From Ginkgo biloba (lineage: Eukaryota; Plantae; Ginkgophyta), in the NCBI GenBank assembly GCA_024626585.2, contig JANKJI020000002.1:159343453-159368331 (forward strand): a DNA stretch of 24,879 bases, written 5' to 3'. The notes below the pieces were generated by a model that was not told the origin of the DNA, did no database searches, and saw only the letters and a list, made by a program, of their open reading frames with translations. Position numbers and translations under genes: made by a program. Shown here piece by piece: positions 1-10,200 of the stretch. The number at the start of each line of letters is the position of its first letter. Positions within the stretch are counted from its first letter, which is position 1.

Positions 1-614
1 GGGACCATATCCCAACAATATCTTGTGGCAGTGGTTTTCATATTGGATTGATGTGTGCACTAGTCAACATCTATATCTCTGGCACAGTATGAAGAGTCGT
101 TATCCACTAACTTATAACTACTTGAAACTTATTATGTGATATCTTGGTATCCATATCTCTATGCACCACTAGCTAATCACCCAAAACTTGACTAGTGATA
201 TAATCTATTGAAGAGTCATCTATGGTTGGTTAATAGACCTGCAATTATACATGTACATCAAAGTTTACTTGACAGGTACCCATTAAACCATTAGTAAAGG
301 TTGAAGGTTCAAGTGTTTGTCCTATGCCTCAAGGTGCAACAATGTTAGCTGGGAGATAGACATAGATATTATATTTCACAACTAGTGTTGGTCATGCAAG
401 TCACCACCCATGGGCTCATGAACAAGGTTACCAGCCAAACTTCTAGGTTCCACAAGGCACCCATCTCTATTTGGTGGTCTTTTGCATTGCATTCCACCCC
501 TTGTAACATTCCTCACTAGAGGGAGGTGGGATCCAACAATGCTGATTCATGAGAGCACCATGTTGGGGTAATTTGGGTATCTCGTGGGCCCCACACTCCA
601 CAATGGGGGGTTAC

Positions 615-1249
615 TATACATAGATTAATAACTCGTGTATAAACGTGCATTCATAATGAAGGGACATTAATTGCTCATGCACAAATAATTAGGAGACTCA
701 ATTCTAGGTATAAAATCTTCATTAAATGGTTTGGATAGTACATTGTCATTAATTCCTGACTTAGCCTCTCACATTAATACATGCATTAATTGCACTCATC
801 TTTTTACATGAATGTTCTTGATTGCACTCGGCTCTCACATGCTTGGAGGTTTTCTCTCTCCTATTCATACATTTTCTCTCTCTTCATTTATGATATGACA
901 TGACTTTTCCTAAAATTAGGCCACAACCCTATGGTTCTTTCTCTTCATTAAATGCACATTTTTTAGGGCATTAAATGTGGCCTATTATGAGGGTAATTAA
1001 TGTGTTGTTCTTTTCTTCATTAAATACAAATCATTATTAGTAATAAATGTTCCTTGGTTAACCCTAAGGTCGGCTTTGACCAACGTTAACCATGTCATAA
1101 ATGCTCCTTAATTAAGTTTGATGTCATAAAATGTGACCTAATTAAGGTTGAATTAACCTGCATTGACTTGACGTTAATGTGTCATAAATGATCTTTATTT
1201 AAGTCAGCTTAAAAGATATTTTTTTAAGGCTAAAGTAGTGACCACTACA
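615..1249. mobile_element. Probable solo LTR (~635 bp) with 5-bp target-site duplication
   Basis: The termini are TATA...TACA, i.e. TGTA...TACA with one G>A change. The flanks are GTTAC (610-614) and CTTAC (1250-1254), 4/5 identical. The interior is non-coding with many CATTAA/GTCATAAATG motifs. Confidence 0.55.
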
Positions 1250-1366
1250 CTTACTAAAGTAGATTGTTACCAACCTTGCCTATTTTTAAAAATAAATATT
1301 TTTGAATTTTTCTAGAGCCTCCAAAAATTCCAGATAGGATTAATTCCTTTCTACTTTTATCCTATG

Positions 1367-1379
1367 GGCTTTGATACCA
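1367..1379 (-). promoter_or_regulatory. Primer-binding site complementary to tRNA-iMet
   Basis: Plus-strand GGCTTTGATACCA reads TGGTATCAAAGCC on the minus strand, one mismatch from the canonical plant PBS TGGTATCAGAGCC. It is adjacent to a decayed LTR terminus (plus-strand TATA for TGTA at 1381). Confidence 0.75.
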
Positions 1380-1622
1380 TTATACCTACACATAAACTAC
1401 ATGTAATCTTTATACAATAAACATAGTCAATGTACAAGATAACCCTTCCTAACAACATACTTTAGGTACCAACATACATATAACATAATCAATATTCCCT
1501 CCATTATACCTACACATAAACTACATGTAATCTTTATAGAATAAACATAGGCAATGTACAAGATAACCCTTCCTAACAACATACATTAGGTACTAGCATA
1601 CATATAACATAATCAATATTCC
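1377..1622 (+). repeat. Tandem duplication, ~124-bp unit x2, covering the LTR terminus next to the PBS
   Basis: 1377-1498 and 1501-1622 both begin CCATTATACCTACACATAAACTACATGTAATC and end ...ACATAATCAATATTCC. They differ by only about five substitutions. Confidence 0.95.
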
Positions 1623-3049
1623 AAATTTGCCATAGGTCAATATTCACTTATATTCATTTATGAGACATGCCATTAATTAACTTTCATAATATACAACAAA
1701 ACATACCATATAGATATATGCATATATTTAGATTCCATCATTCATATNNNNNNNNNNNNNNNNNNNNNNNNNNNNNNNNNNNNNNNNNNNNNNNNNNNNN
1801 NNNNNNNNNNNNNNNNNNNNNNNNNNNNNNNNNNNNNNNNNNNNNNNNNNNNNNNNNNNNNNNNNNNNNNNNNNNNNNNNNNNNNNNNNNNNNNNNNNNN
1901 NNNNNNNNNNNNNNNNNNNNNNNNNNNNNNNNNNNNNNNNNNNNNNNNNNNNNNNNNNNNNNNNNNNNNNNNNNNNNNNNNNNNNNNNNNNNNNNNNNNN
2001 NNNNNNNNNNNNNNNNNNNNNNNNNNNNNNNNNNNNNNNNNNNNNNNNNNNNNNNNNNNNNNNNNNNNNNNNNNNNNNNNNNNNNNNNNNNNNNNNNNNN
2101 NNNNNNNNNNNNNNNNNNNNNNNNNNNNNNNNNNNNNNNNNNNNNNNNNNNNNNNNNNNNNNNNNNNNNNNNNNNNNNNNNNNNNNNNNNNNNNNNNNNN
2201 NNNNNNNNNNNNNNNNNNNNNNNNNNNNNNNNNNNNNNNNNNNNNNNNNNNNNNNNNNNNNNNNNNNNNNNNNNNNNNNNNNNNNNNNNNNNNNNNNNNN
2301 NNNNNNNNNNNNNNNNNNNNNNNNNNNNNNNNNNNNNNNNNNNNNNNNNNNNNNNNNNNNNNNNNNNNNNNNNNNNNNNNNNNNNNNNNNNNNNNNNNNN
2401 NNNNNNNNNNNNNNNNNNNNNNNNNNNNNNNNNNNNNNNNGAATTTACAATAAAAATTGTATGGTAAATGGTCCCCAAAAGGAGATACCCTACTCTATAT
2501 GTCCCAATCATGCATAAACTTCATTTCAACCACATTATATTTTGTAGAAAGAAATTGGTTTGATTAATAAAAAAAACTACATACAATCAACAAAGCACCT
2601 AGAGAGGGGCTTGACAAAGTTTGATTTCTAGAGGATTCACCCCATCTACAATACTCGATGGCATAACTTTTGTCCCTCATCAAGAATAGTAAGCAAAGGA
2701 TGTAAAGACAACAAATCATTACAAACTTAACCAAGGACAAATGCAAAAATGGAGGTAGGCCATTTGCTCCCTACAAAGGGAAAAAAAAATATGGAAACCA
2801 CACAGGGATCCACACACCTCAACAAGCAAAGAAAATATCCTTTGTGGGTGAGGTAACCACCCAAGGATACCAAACTCTCAACCGAAACACACATATCAAG
2901 AAGGCCTAGGAAATATGTGGCTTTGAGCTTTAACTTCTAAAAACATTAAGGTTAGACATCATATCAGAGGTAGGTATATCCCTATGTCCTGAGGCATACA
3001 CATATAAATCACAACACAAGATAATGCAAAATAAAAAAGAAACAACTAA

Positions 3050-3590
3050 GATTATCAAGACTCCAACAACCTGGTGCCATGGAACCTTGGTCCAAAGAAC
3101 AAAAGGGTCTTAAAAGAATATTAATCCCAAACCTTAGGAAATTCCAAAACAAAACTTTGTTCATTGATTTCAATTGATTCATCACCATAGGGAATTAGAC
3201 GAGATTCATCCACCTCATAATAATGCCTCACTTTTAACCTTGAGATTTAACCTTTGTAGCTTCATCCATGAGCTAAACTAACCCTCATTGGAAGAGGGAG
3301 ATTTAGAATGCACAACTACTAAGAAGACATACCCTCAGCTCATCATAAAATGTTGTCAAGCCTCAAAACCCTTCCAGGTGTAGATAAGAAGAATGGAAAA
3401 GATCCTATCCACCACCCTCACAAATTCATCCTACCAAAATTGAGCAATCTTACACAGATGCTTTTCCTTTTCCCACACAAACTAGGTTTCCTCATATTCT
3501 ATCCTTCACAAGAACTCATGAAGATCTCAAGCCACCTCCTTGAATTTCTCCACTCCAACATTCACAATAGGTGTTTTCAAGATATTTTCC
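3050..3590 (-). pseudogene. Decayed ORF of unknown family, probably the 3' end of a retroelement ORF
   Basis: The minus strand is purine-rich and reads ILKTPIVNVGVEKFKEVA*DLHEFL*RIEYEET*FVWEKEKHLCKIAQFW*DEFVRVVDRIF. The stops are TGA/TAG, explainable by C>T or G>A changes. A T-rich UTR-like tract follows toward 2540. Confidence 0.3.
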
Positions 3591-3775
3591 CCTGACTGAT
3601 AGAGATAACCAGTGACATGATTCATTTGATGACAACAAGCGATGACGTGCCATTCGTAGAGGGCACAATATGAATAGAAGGTGAAATCCAATTAAAACGG
3701 CTTTAAGGTAGGACAAAAATACCTTAAGGTAGGTCAAAATTACTCAGTTAACTAGTCAAACAACCTTATGACATG
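3590..3775 (+). repeat. LTR-like repeat family A, copy 1 (truncated by gap)
   Basis: Co-linear with 4520-4710: ACTGATA...ACATGATTCAT...GCACA...AGAAG.TGAAA...TTAAGGTAGGACAAAA...CAAACAACCTTATGACATG. Confidence 0.85.
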
Positions 3776-3875
3776 NNNNNNNNNNNNNNNNNNNNNNNNN
3801 NNNNNNNNNNNNNNNNNNNNNNNNNNNNNNNNNNNNNNNNNNNNNNNNNNNNNNNNNNNNNNNNNNNNNNNNNNN

Positions 3876-4500
3876 AACTCTACTCCTAGCAACTCAGATT
3901 TGCCACAGGTAGGGTAATAGCCTATGCACATTTTATCTGTGTATGTAAGAGATTTATTTGTAAATATTTTCCAAGAGTAATTTTTTAATTAGATAAATGG
4001 CTTGGTCTTGTATGGTGATATGACTGTAAGCTTCTGTGTTACACCTTTGAAGTGGTCGTTGAACATTTGGAGAACGATGTAGTTTGGACTTAATATTTGT
4101 TGTAGTTAATTTTAATACTGCATAGAGAATTTCTAATTTCATGTCCGAAATCTTTCTCCTGCTGTCATCTTGTAGGATTAACCGCATTTCATATTTCAGT
4201 ATATGGTGGAATCTTAATTTATATCCTGCTCAGTTCTTAACTGTATGGTAACATTGTATTTTATCTTCCAAGATTCCATATTGATTGTTTGTGTACAGGT
4301 TAGAACACATGAAGCTCTACAACTTTGAGTTCTGGACCTCTAGTATTCTAATGTTTGCAGCTCCATTTGTGGATTCTTAGAAGTATGTTTTCTAAAAAAT
4401 GAAGCCAAACATATGACAATGTAAAAGCAATGAGAGTCTGGAATTTTGGTGTACATAAACACACGGAGCATATATTTTGGGGGATGCTTGACAATTTTGA
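3876..4500 (+). other. Possible host-gene fragment: exon end, GT-AG intron, terminal exon/3' UTR
   Basis: There is a CAG|GTAGGG donor-like site at 3909 and a T-rich interior. Acceptor-like sites are CTTGTAG (4175), TGTACAG (4298) and TTTGCAG (4360, with CTAAT upstream). CTG/CAG/CG triplets are noticeably retained compared with the flanking TE relics. Confidence 0.35.
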
Positions 4501-4508
4501 TGACAGTC

Positions 4509-4965
4509 TGTAGTCATCTTAACTGATATGGCAAACCGGCTACATGATTCATCTAACGACATTAGATGACGATGTGACATCCACAGAGAGCACAGCTCGA
4601 GGAGAAGATGAAACTGCCTTAAGGTAGGACAAAACCGCCTTGGAAGGGTAAAACTGCCTTAAGGTCAGTTAAATCTGCCCAGATGGCATGGCAAACAACC
4701 TTATGACATGGCCAAAACAACCCTATGACACAACAAGAAGGTAGTCCAAATGATGACATGGCAATCCAAGTGTGATGTGGCAATCCAAGGGATGATGTGA
4801 CAATCCAAGNNNNNNNNNNTCACAGCATAAAATGACATCAACAACAATAGTAATGACGCTAACAACAACAATAAAGACAGTCAAAGGCAATCGAAGTCAT
4901 TAGTCAAAGTTGCAACAAAAGGACAAAAATTAATGTTGCATAATTTGCTAGACAAATTTGGTCAA
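4509..4965 (+). repeat. LTR-like repeat family A, copy 2, starting with TGTAGT and containing 20-21 bp tandem arrays
   Basis: TGTAGTC at 4509. AAAC(T/C)GCCTT units occur at 4611, 4632 and 4651, with a degenerate unit at ~4672. GA(C/T)(A/G)TG(G/A)CAATCCAAG occurs x3 at 4751-4809. CAGTCAAAGGCA...TTAGTCAAAG at 4878-4909 matches 19791-19841. Confidence 0.85.
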
Positions 4966-5720
4966 AGTGATCAAAATGGAGAACGTCATAGCATAGTCCT
5001 AGTAGGTATAATGATAAGTTGAATCTTGCATGGTGTATTGAAGCTATCCTATCAAGGAATATCTTCATCCATTGTGAGAGGTATGTTTCCCAATCATACC
5101 TTTTCCCTGCTAAGATTCCCTTGAGATTTGGTAGCATCCAGAAGGTTAAAGTCATTGCATCATTGTTCTCTAGCCAATTGACAATAGATTAGTAGCACCA
5201 CAAATTGGTACTCATTTCTCTTCAAGGCTTCCAACTTCAATCCCCAATCCTCGTACTTATGGTTATTTTCATGTACGGACATTTCAACTACTATATTCTG
5301 CTTCATTGGTTTAGTCAACTATCACATAGACTTGACCATTGGCTCCCCACCACTCAGTAATGCAAGTAGCCATGAGAACCCTGTTGGCTCCAAGGTGAAT
5401 CGTCCCTTGGCGGTGACTATCTCCTTTTGATGATTGTCATATGAGTCAAGTGATTATTCCAACATAATCACATCCTTAGGTAGAAGAGGTAAATTGACGC
5501 AATGGTCCACTCCCACCTTCTATAATGCATTCCTANNNNNNNNNNNNNNNNNNNNNNNNNNNNNNNNNNCATTCTTGCATGGGTGGATAGTCCACAATGT
5601 ACCATGTCACGTGATTTACCTTGTGTAGTTGTTGTAGATGGAGGGGGACCACCTTGTTCTTTATCTACCCTAGGGAACTTCTTCTTACCAATTCCTAAGC
5701 TCCTTGCCTTTGCCACCTTT
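4960..5720 (-). pseudogene. Decayed retrotransposon accessory ORF (not gag/pol), resembling extra ORFs of plant/gymnosperm LTR elements
   Basis: The minus strand reads GVDHCVNLPLLPKDVIMLE*SLDSYDNHQKEIVTAKGRFTLEPTGFSWLLAL...LKRNEYQFVVLLIYCQLAREQ/(frameshift ~5162)/DAMTLTFWMLPNLKGILAGKRYDWETYLSQWMKIFLDRIASIHHARFNLSLYLLGLCYDVL. The YD..I...G, WM...I..G...DW and F.lS.YL pattern is recalled from plant TE accessory proteins; family assignment needs an HMM search. Confidence 0.55.
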
Positions 5721-6389
5721 GTATAGTCTTCAAGATGTGAATTTTAAGAAACAATCATTTCTCCCAAATATATAAGAAGTAATATGATTCTTGCTTCTCT
5801 CATAAGCTTGTCCATANNNNNNNNNNNNNNNNNNNNNNNNNNNNNNNNNNNNNNNNNNNNNNNNNNNNNNNNNNNNNNNNNNNNNNNNNNNNNNNNNNNN
5901 NNNNNNNNNNNNNNNNTACAAAGTTAGTCTTTCTGGATACTCATGAGTTTAAGGCACTCACCTGGTCAAAACACCTTGGCTAATGGAGATAAATGAAGCC
6001 ATAGATGAACAATCCAAAGAACATGGTCTACAAGTGAAGCAGTATACAAATTAGCCTCAAAATAGATTCAAAGAAGAACCAAATATAGTATGTAGTGCTA
6101 TAGGATGGCCTACATCACCATTCTAGCCAAATAGGAGTTATATAATGTTGTTATAGCCTAAAAATAGTCTTTAGGGTGAGACATCATCCTTCGATAGCAA
6201 TGCATTGCAACAAGGAGGTAGAAATCAAAATAGGTGAGGTATTACCTTTCCAACCTTGAAAATATCCTTCAGATCAAAAATAGAATGCTCTAAAGAGAGC
6301 ACCCAACAAGCTAGAAGAAATAAAAGCTACGACAATCTTTATCCCAATAAGCACGACATCCCATTAGTGCTTGCTTATAGCTAGTTCAA

Positions 6390-6680
6390 GACATCTACAG
6401 GTGAAGGGTTAGAGTAGAGAAGAGAGCAGGTGAAAAAGAGTGAAGTATACCGCCTACACCTTTAAGTGCAAGTGACTAGAAGCAGCTCTTTGTCTCCAAG
6501 TGAAAGTGATTGGAAGTAGCAGTAGGATGCAGTTATGAAGAAGCAATGGAGTGACAACAGTTTGCAGGTGGCCTTGCACCCACCTACAGGGGGGTTGCAA
6601 GCATTTCTTCACTTGCACCCCGCTTGCAGGTGAATGTAGCATTTATTATTATGAATCTTTTATTTCACCTACAATTATAT
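6390..6680. repeat. Cluster of degenerate CACCTGCAGGTG half-sites with a 21-bp-arm inverted repeat
   Basis: (T/C)(A/G)CA(G/A)GTG and CAC(C/T)T(A/G)CA motifs recur. The arms 6581-6601 and 6612-6632 are complementary at 17/21 positions around a 10-nt loop. Confidence 0.65.
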
Positions 6681-7500
6681 GTAAGTAGTTTACGAGTAGA
6701 CGGGTTCATGTAAGCCATATTATTTTTGTGTTTTGTTTACTTAGAAACGATATGTAAGTGGGTCCCATTATTATTTATAAGTGTTATTTTTAATGATTAA
6801 GGTAATTTTTTTATGTAATATGTTATCAAGTGATGGTCAAGTTGCATGTCTAGCTCGTCATAGGTGGGATGTGATGTATTTCCATCTATTGAAAAAATAC
6901 CTACATGACAAATATAAGTAAAATGATGACTAATTATTCATTTTAATTATTTGAAATAGTTGTAATTCATCTAGGAGATAAAATGGTATGTTATTATATA
7001 ACTATCCTCCCTTTTGATGTATAAATTATTCATCTTCAACTAATGGAATAGACAACATTTTTTCCATATAGAAAGGATGTCAAAATTTTGTTGGGCACTC
7101 TGAACCATGATGGGGTTGGATAGAAGGTATCCCATACCAACATGGAGCATATAGGTTGTATCTATATAGTTTCCTTTATATTTTNNNNNNNNNNNNNNNN
7201 NNNNNNNNNNNNNNNNNNNNNNNNNNNNNNNNNNNNNNNNNNNNNNNNNNNNNNNNNNNNNNNNNNNNNNNNNNNNNNNNNNNNAGTAACCCATGGGCCT
7301 TCTAATGATTCTATTTCTTTTTATCCGATCTTCTCTAGGATGTGCTATCATTAACTACAATACACATAAATTTTCTTTTTTGGTTAACACTTTTCCCCTT
7401 TGACAAGGTGTAATTTGCCTATATTTACTAGCTTGTAACAACTTTTAAATTCAATTTTGTAGCTTTAATAATTTTAATTTGAATCCAAAACATTAAAATT

Positions 7501-7591
7501 TGGCTTTATAGGAAATCAACCTTGACCACTAAATTAATATCCCATATGGCTTTATAGGAAATCAACTTTGACCACTAAAACAATATCCCAT
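7501..7591 (+). repeat. Tandem duplication, 46-bp unit x2
   Basis: TGGCTTTATAGGAAATCAAC(C/T)TTGACCACTAAA(TT/AC)AATATCCCAT at 7501 and 7547. Confidence 0.95.
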
Positions 7592-7682
7592 CTTCAAATA
7601 GGCATAATGCTTTCTCTTCAACTCCATTTTTGCCTTCAAAATAACCACAAAAAGATATTGAAGTCTACTTTCTAAATATGAA

Positions 7683-7805
7683 AATGTTTTTAGCCCTTGT
7701 GCATAGATATTTTCAAAATCAACCTATAGACCAACAAGGTTTTCTTTCCATGTTTTGGCTTTTGTGCATATGTTTCAAAATCAACCTACAATCCAATGAA
7801 GTTTG
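7683..7805 (+). repeat. Diverged tandem duplication, ~65-bp unit x2
   Basis: ATGTTTT..GC..TTGTGCATA...TTTCAAAATCAACCTA.A..CCAA..A.GTTT occurs twice, near 7684 and 7750. Confidence 0.8.
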
Positions 7806-8059
7806 TTTTTAATTGAAAAAAAATTGCAAAATACATTTAAACAAAATAAACTTCATAAGTTGGTGTTGATATGTATGAATAACAATGTAAATGATGTTTT
7901 ATATCCATTCATTCATTCAAACACAATTGTATGCCCTCAGACCATCTATGTCAAAGAAGTACTTTACTGGTTAAAAGACTCCCTTCTACAAGTTGGCAAT
8001 TAATTATTGTAAGGGTCATCTTTTTNNNNNNNNNNCTAACTATTGCATCAATCATAATA

Positions 8060-8553
8060 CTTGATTATCTTAGATATTTGATCTCTGATGCATCTTGAGC
8101 TTTAACACCTTTTAGCCTTTCTCAACCAAGCACAAAAATTTTCCCCAACCCTTTTCCATCAAACTTAGGTTGCTTTCAATTGTGATAATAATTTACTATC
8201 TTCTTGTTTGTCCTTTCCTTGAGTTGGTCAATGGATACTAAAATCTTAACTACCTTAAGAGAGGAAATTAGAGCCTTGTTCTTGTTTTTGCTTCTACTTT
8301 TCCTTACACTTTATTGGTCTCCTCTTGAACATATTCTTTTAGCAACTTCCTATATGACATCTTTGTGCCTTCTTACATATATCCTTTCAAAGTGAGTCCT
8401 CCCACTTTGTTGATTTTCTATTTGAGAGACTTCAACTCCCAACTCAATAATTTTTTGTTCTCTTTGCTAGTTCCCGTTAAGTGTTTCACCTTCCTTATGT
8501 ATGTCATTATTGCAAAAGAATGTGAACCGAACTCAATTATGATACCACTCGTA
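8060..8553 (-). mobile_element. Ty3/Gypsy 5' relic: decayed PBS and gag N-terminus
   Basis: Minus-strand TGGTATCA (8540-8547) sits next to an LTR-end-like CGTA (TGTA expected) at 8550. Downstream on the minus strand is PKFDGKGLG/(frameshift)/NFCAWLRKAK near 8169-8110, matching the gag P.FDG....E....WL motif. Confidence 0.5.
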
Positions 8554-10027
8554 TAGGTTCTGTAAGTTGATATGTATAACTTTTGTCATGCTCAAACAAA
8601 TGTATGATTAATAAGAAAATCATAACCTACTCTAAGAGGAGATCCATTGTAGCTCAGTATTATGATGACTTAGCATGACTAGAGGAGCCTATGTGCTAGA
8701 TGATCCCCCAACAATCCAACTAGGAAGACATAGTGGCATCCTCATATCATCTATACAAGATATCACCCCACACAATAGTGTTCTTTTTGTAGCATTATAC
8801 AGGATCAACCCATGCTACTTTGTAATTTTAAAAATCCATCCCTTATATATGGTTTCAAGAATCCATCCCTCGCATAGGATATGGAGGATAGTTATCCAAG
8901 ATTTTCATAGGTCTTATAAGCATTAACTATCCATCATAATACATACCAAGAGGTCAGTCAGGTCATGCAAGGGTATGTATCCCTTGATCAATCCATACTA
9001 TTCATCCTTTTACCACATTCTTGGGACAATTTTAAGGTTGAATTTATTGAAGTACAATATGAAATCTTATCAACAAGGTTTCCAACCCTTAACTTGATAT
9101 CNNNNNNNNNNNNNNNNNNNNNNNNNNNNNNNNNNNNNNNNNNNNNNNNNNNNNNNNNNNNNNNNNNNNNNNNNNNNNNNNNNNNNNNNNNNNNNNNNNN
9201 NNNNNNNNNNNNNNNNNNNNNNNNNNNNNNNNNNNNNNNNNNNNNNNNNNNNNNNNNNNNNNNNNNNNNNNNNNNNNNNNNNNNNNNNNNNNNNNNNNNN
9301 NNNNNNNNNNNNNNNNNNNNNNNNNNNNNNNNNNNNNNNNNNNNNNNNNNNNNNNNNNNNNNNNNNNNNNNNNNNNNNNNNNNNNNNNNNNNNNNNNNNN
9401 NNNNNNNNNNNNNNNNNNNNNNNNNNNNNNNNNNNNNNNNNNNNNNNNNNNNNNNNNNNNNNNNNNNNNNNNNNNNNNNNNNNNNNNNNNNNNNNNNNNN
9501 NNNNNNNNNNNNNNNNNNNNNNNNNNNNNNNNNNNNNNNNNNNNNNNNNNNNNNNNNNNNNNNNNNNNNNNNNNNNNNNNNNNNNNNNNNNNNNNNNNNN
9601 NNNNNNNNNNNNNNNNNNNNNNNNNNNNNNNNNNNNNNNNNNNNNNNNNNNNNNNNNNNNNNNNNNNNNNNNNNNNNNNNNNNNNNNNNNNNNNNNNNNN
9701 NNNNNNNNNNNNNNNNNNNNNNNNNNNNNNNNNNNNNNNNNNNNNNNNNNNNNNNNNNNNNNNNNNNNNNNNNNNNNNNNNNNNNNNNNNNNNNNNNNNN
9801 NNNNNNNNNNNNNNNNNNNNNNNNNNNNNNNNNNNNNNNNNNNNNNNNNNNNNNNNNNNNNNNNNNNNNNNNNNNNNNNNNNNNNNNNNNNNNNNNNNNN
9901 NNNNNNNNNNNNNNNNNNNNNNNNNNNNNNNNNNNNNNNNNNNNNNNNNNNNNNNNNNNNNNNNNNNNNNNNNNNNNNNNNNNNNNNNNNNNNNNNNNNN
10001 NNNNNNNNNNNNNNNNNNNNNNNNNNN

Positions 10028-10200
10028 CAAGTCCTTCCTGGGAGGATGTATAATCTAACTCTTGATTTAAAATTGTTACTTTGATAGTAAAAGTTTTACT
10101 ATCCAAAGTAATGGGAAGCAACATCTGGCCTCATAGTATTTTTATGATTTATCGTAACCCTAGAAGACCCAGGGTATCAAGTGTAGATCACCAAGATCTA
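10028..10200 (-). pseudogene. Ty3/Gypsy (Tat/Athila-like) aspartic protease C-terminal relic
   Basis: The minus strand reads GQMLLPITLDSKTFTIKVTILNQELDY/(frameshift)/ILPGRT, matching the retropepsin G.I.LPI.+G.....V+....YN+LLGRPW motif. Confidence 0.6.

Larger units (their letters stand above)
1..1379 (-). mobile_element. 5' internal region of a minus-strand LTR retrotransposon (PBS, 5' UTR, decayed ORF), interrupted by a solo LTR at 615-1249
   Basis: A PBS lies at 1367-1379. Removing the 615-1249 insert and one TSD copy joins the flanks as ...CAATGGGGGGTTAC|TAAAGTAG... The minus strand below ~550 reads as a short relic frame (MNQHCWIPPPSSEECYKGWNAMQKTTK*) with no domain I can name. Confidence 0.45.

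Noticed and set aside
8965-9101. Plus-strand HSWDNFKVEFIEVQY (gag-like) or minus-strand KLRVGNLV...KLSQE (integrase-tail-like)
   Set aside because: The stretch is too short and the two readings conflict, so it cannot be assigned without a search.
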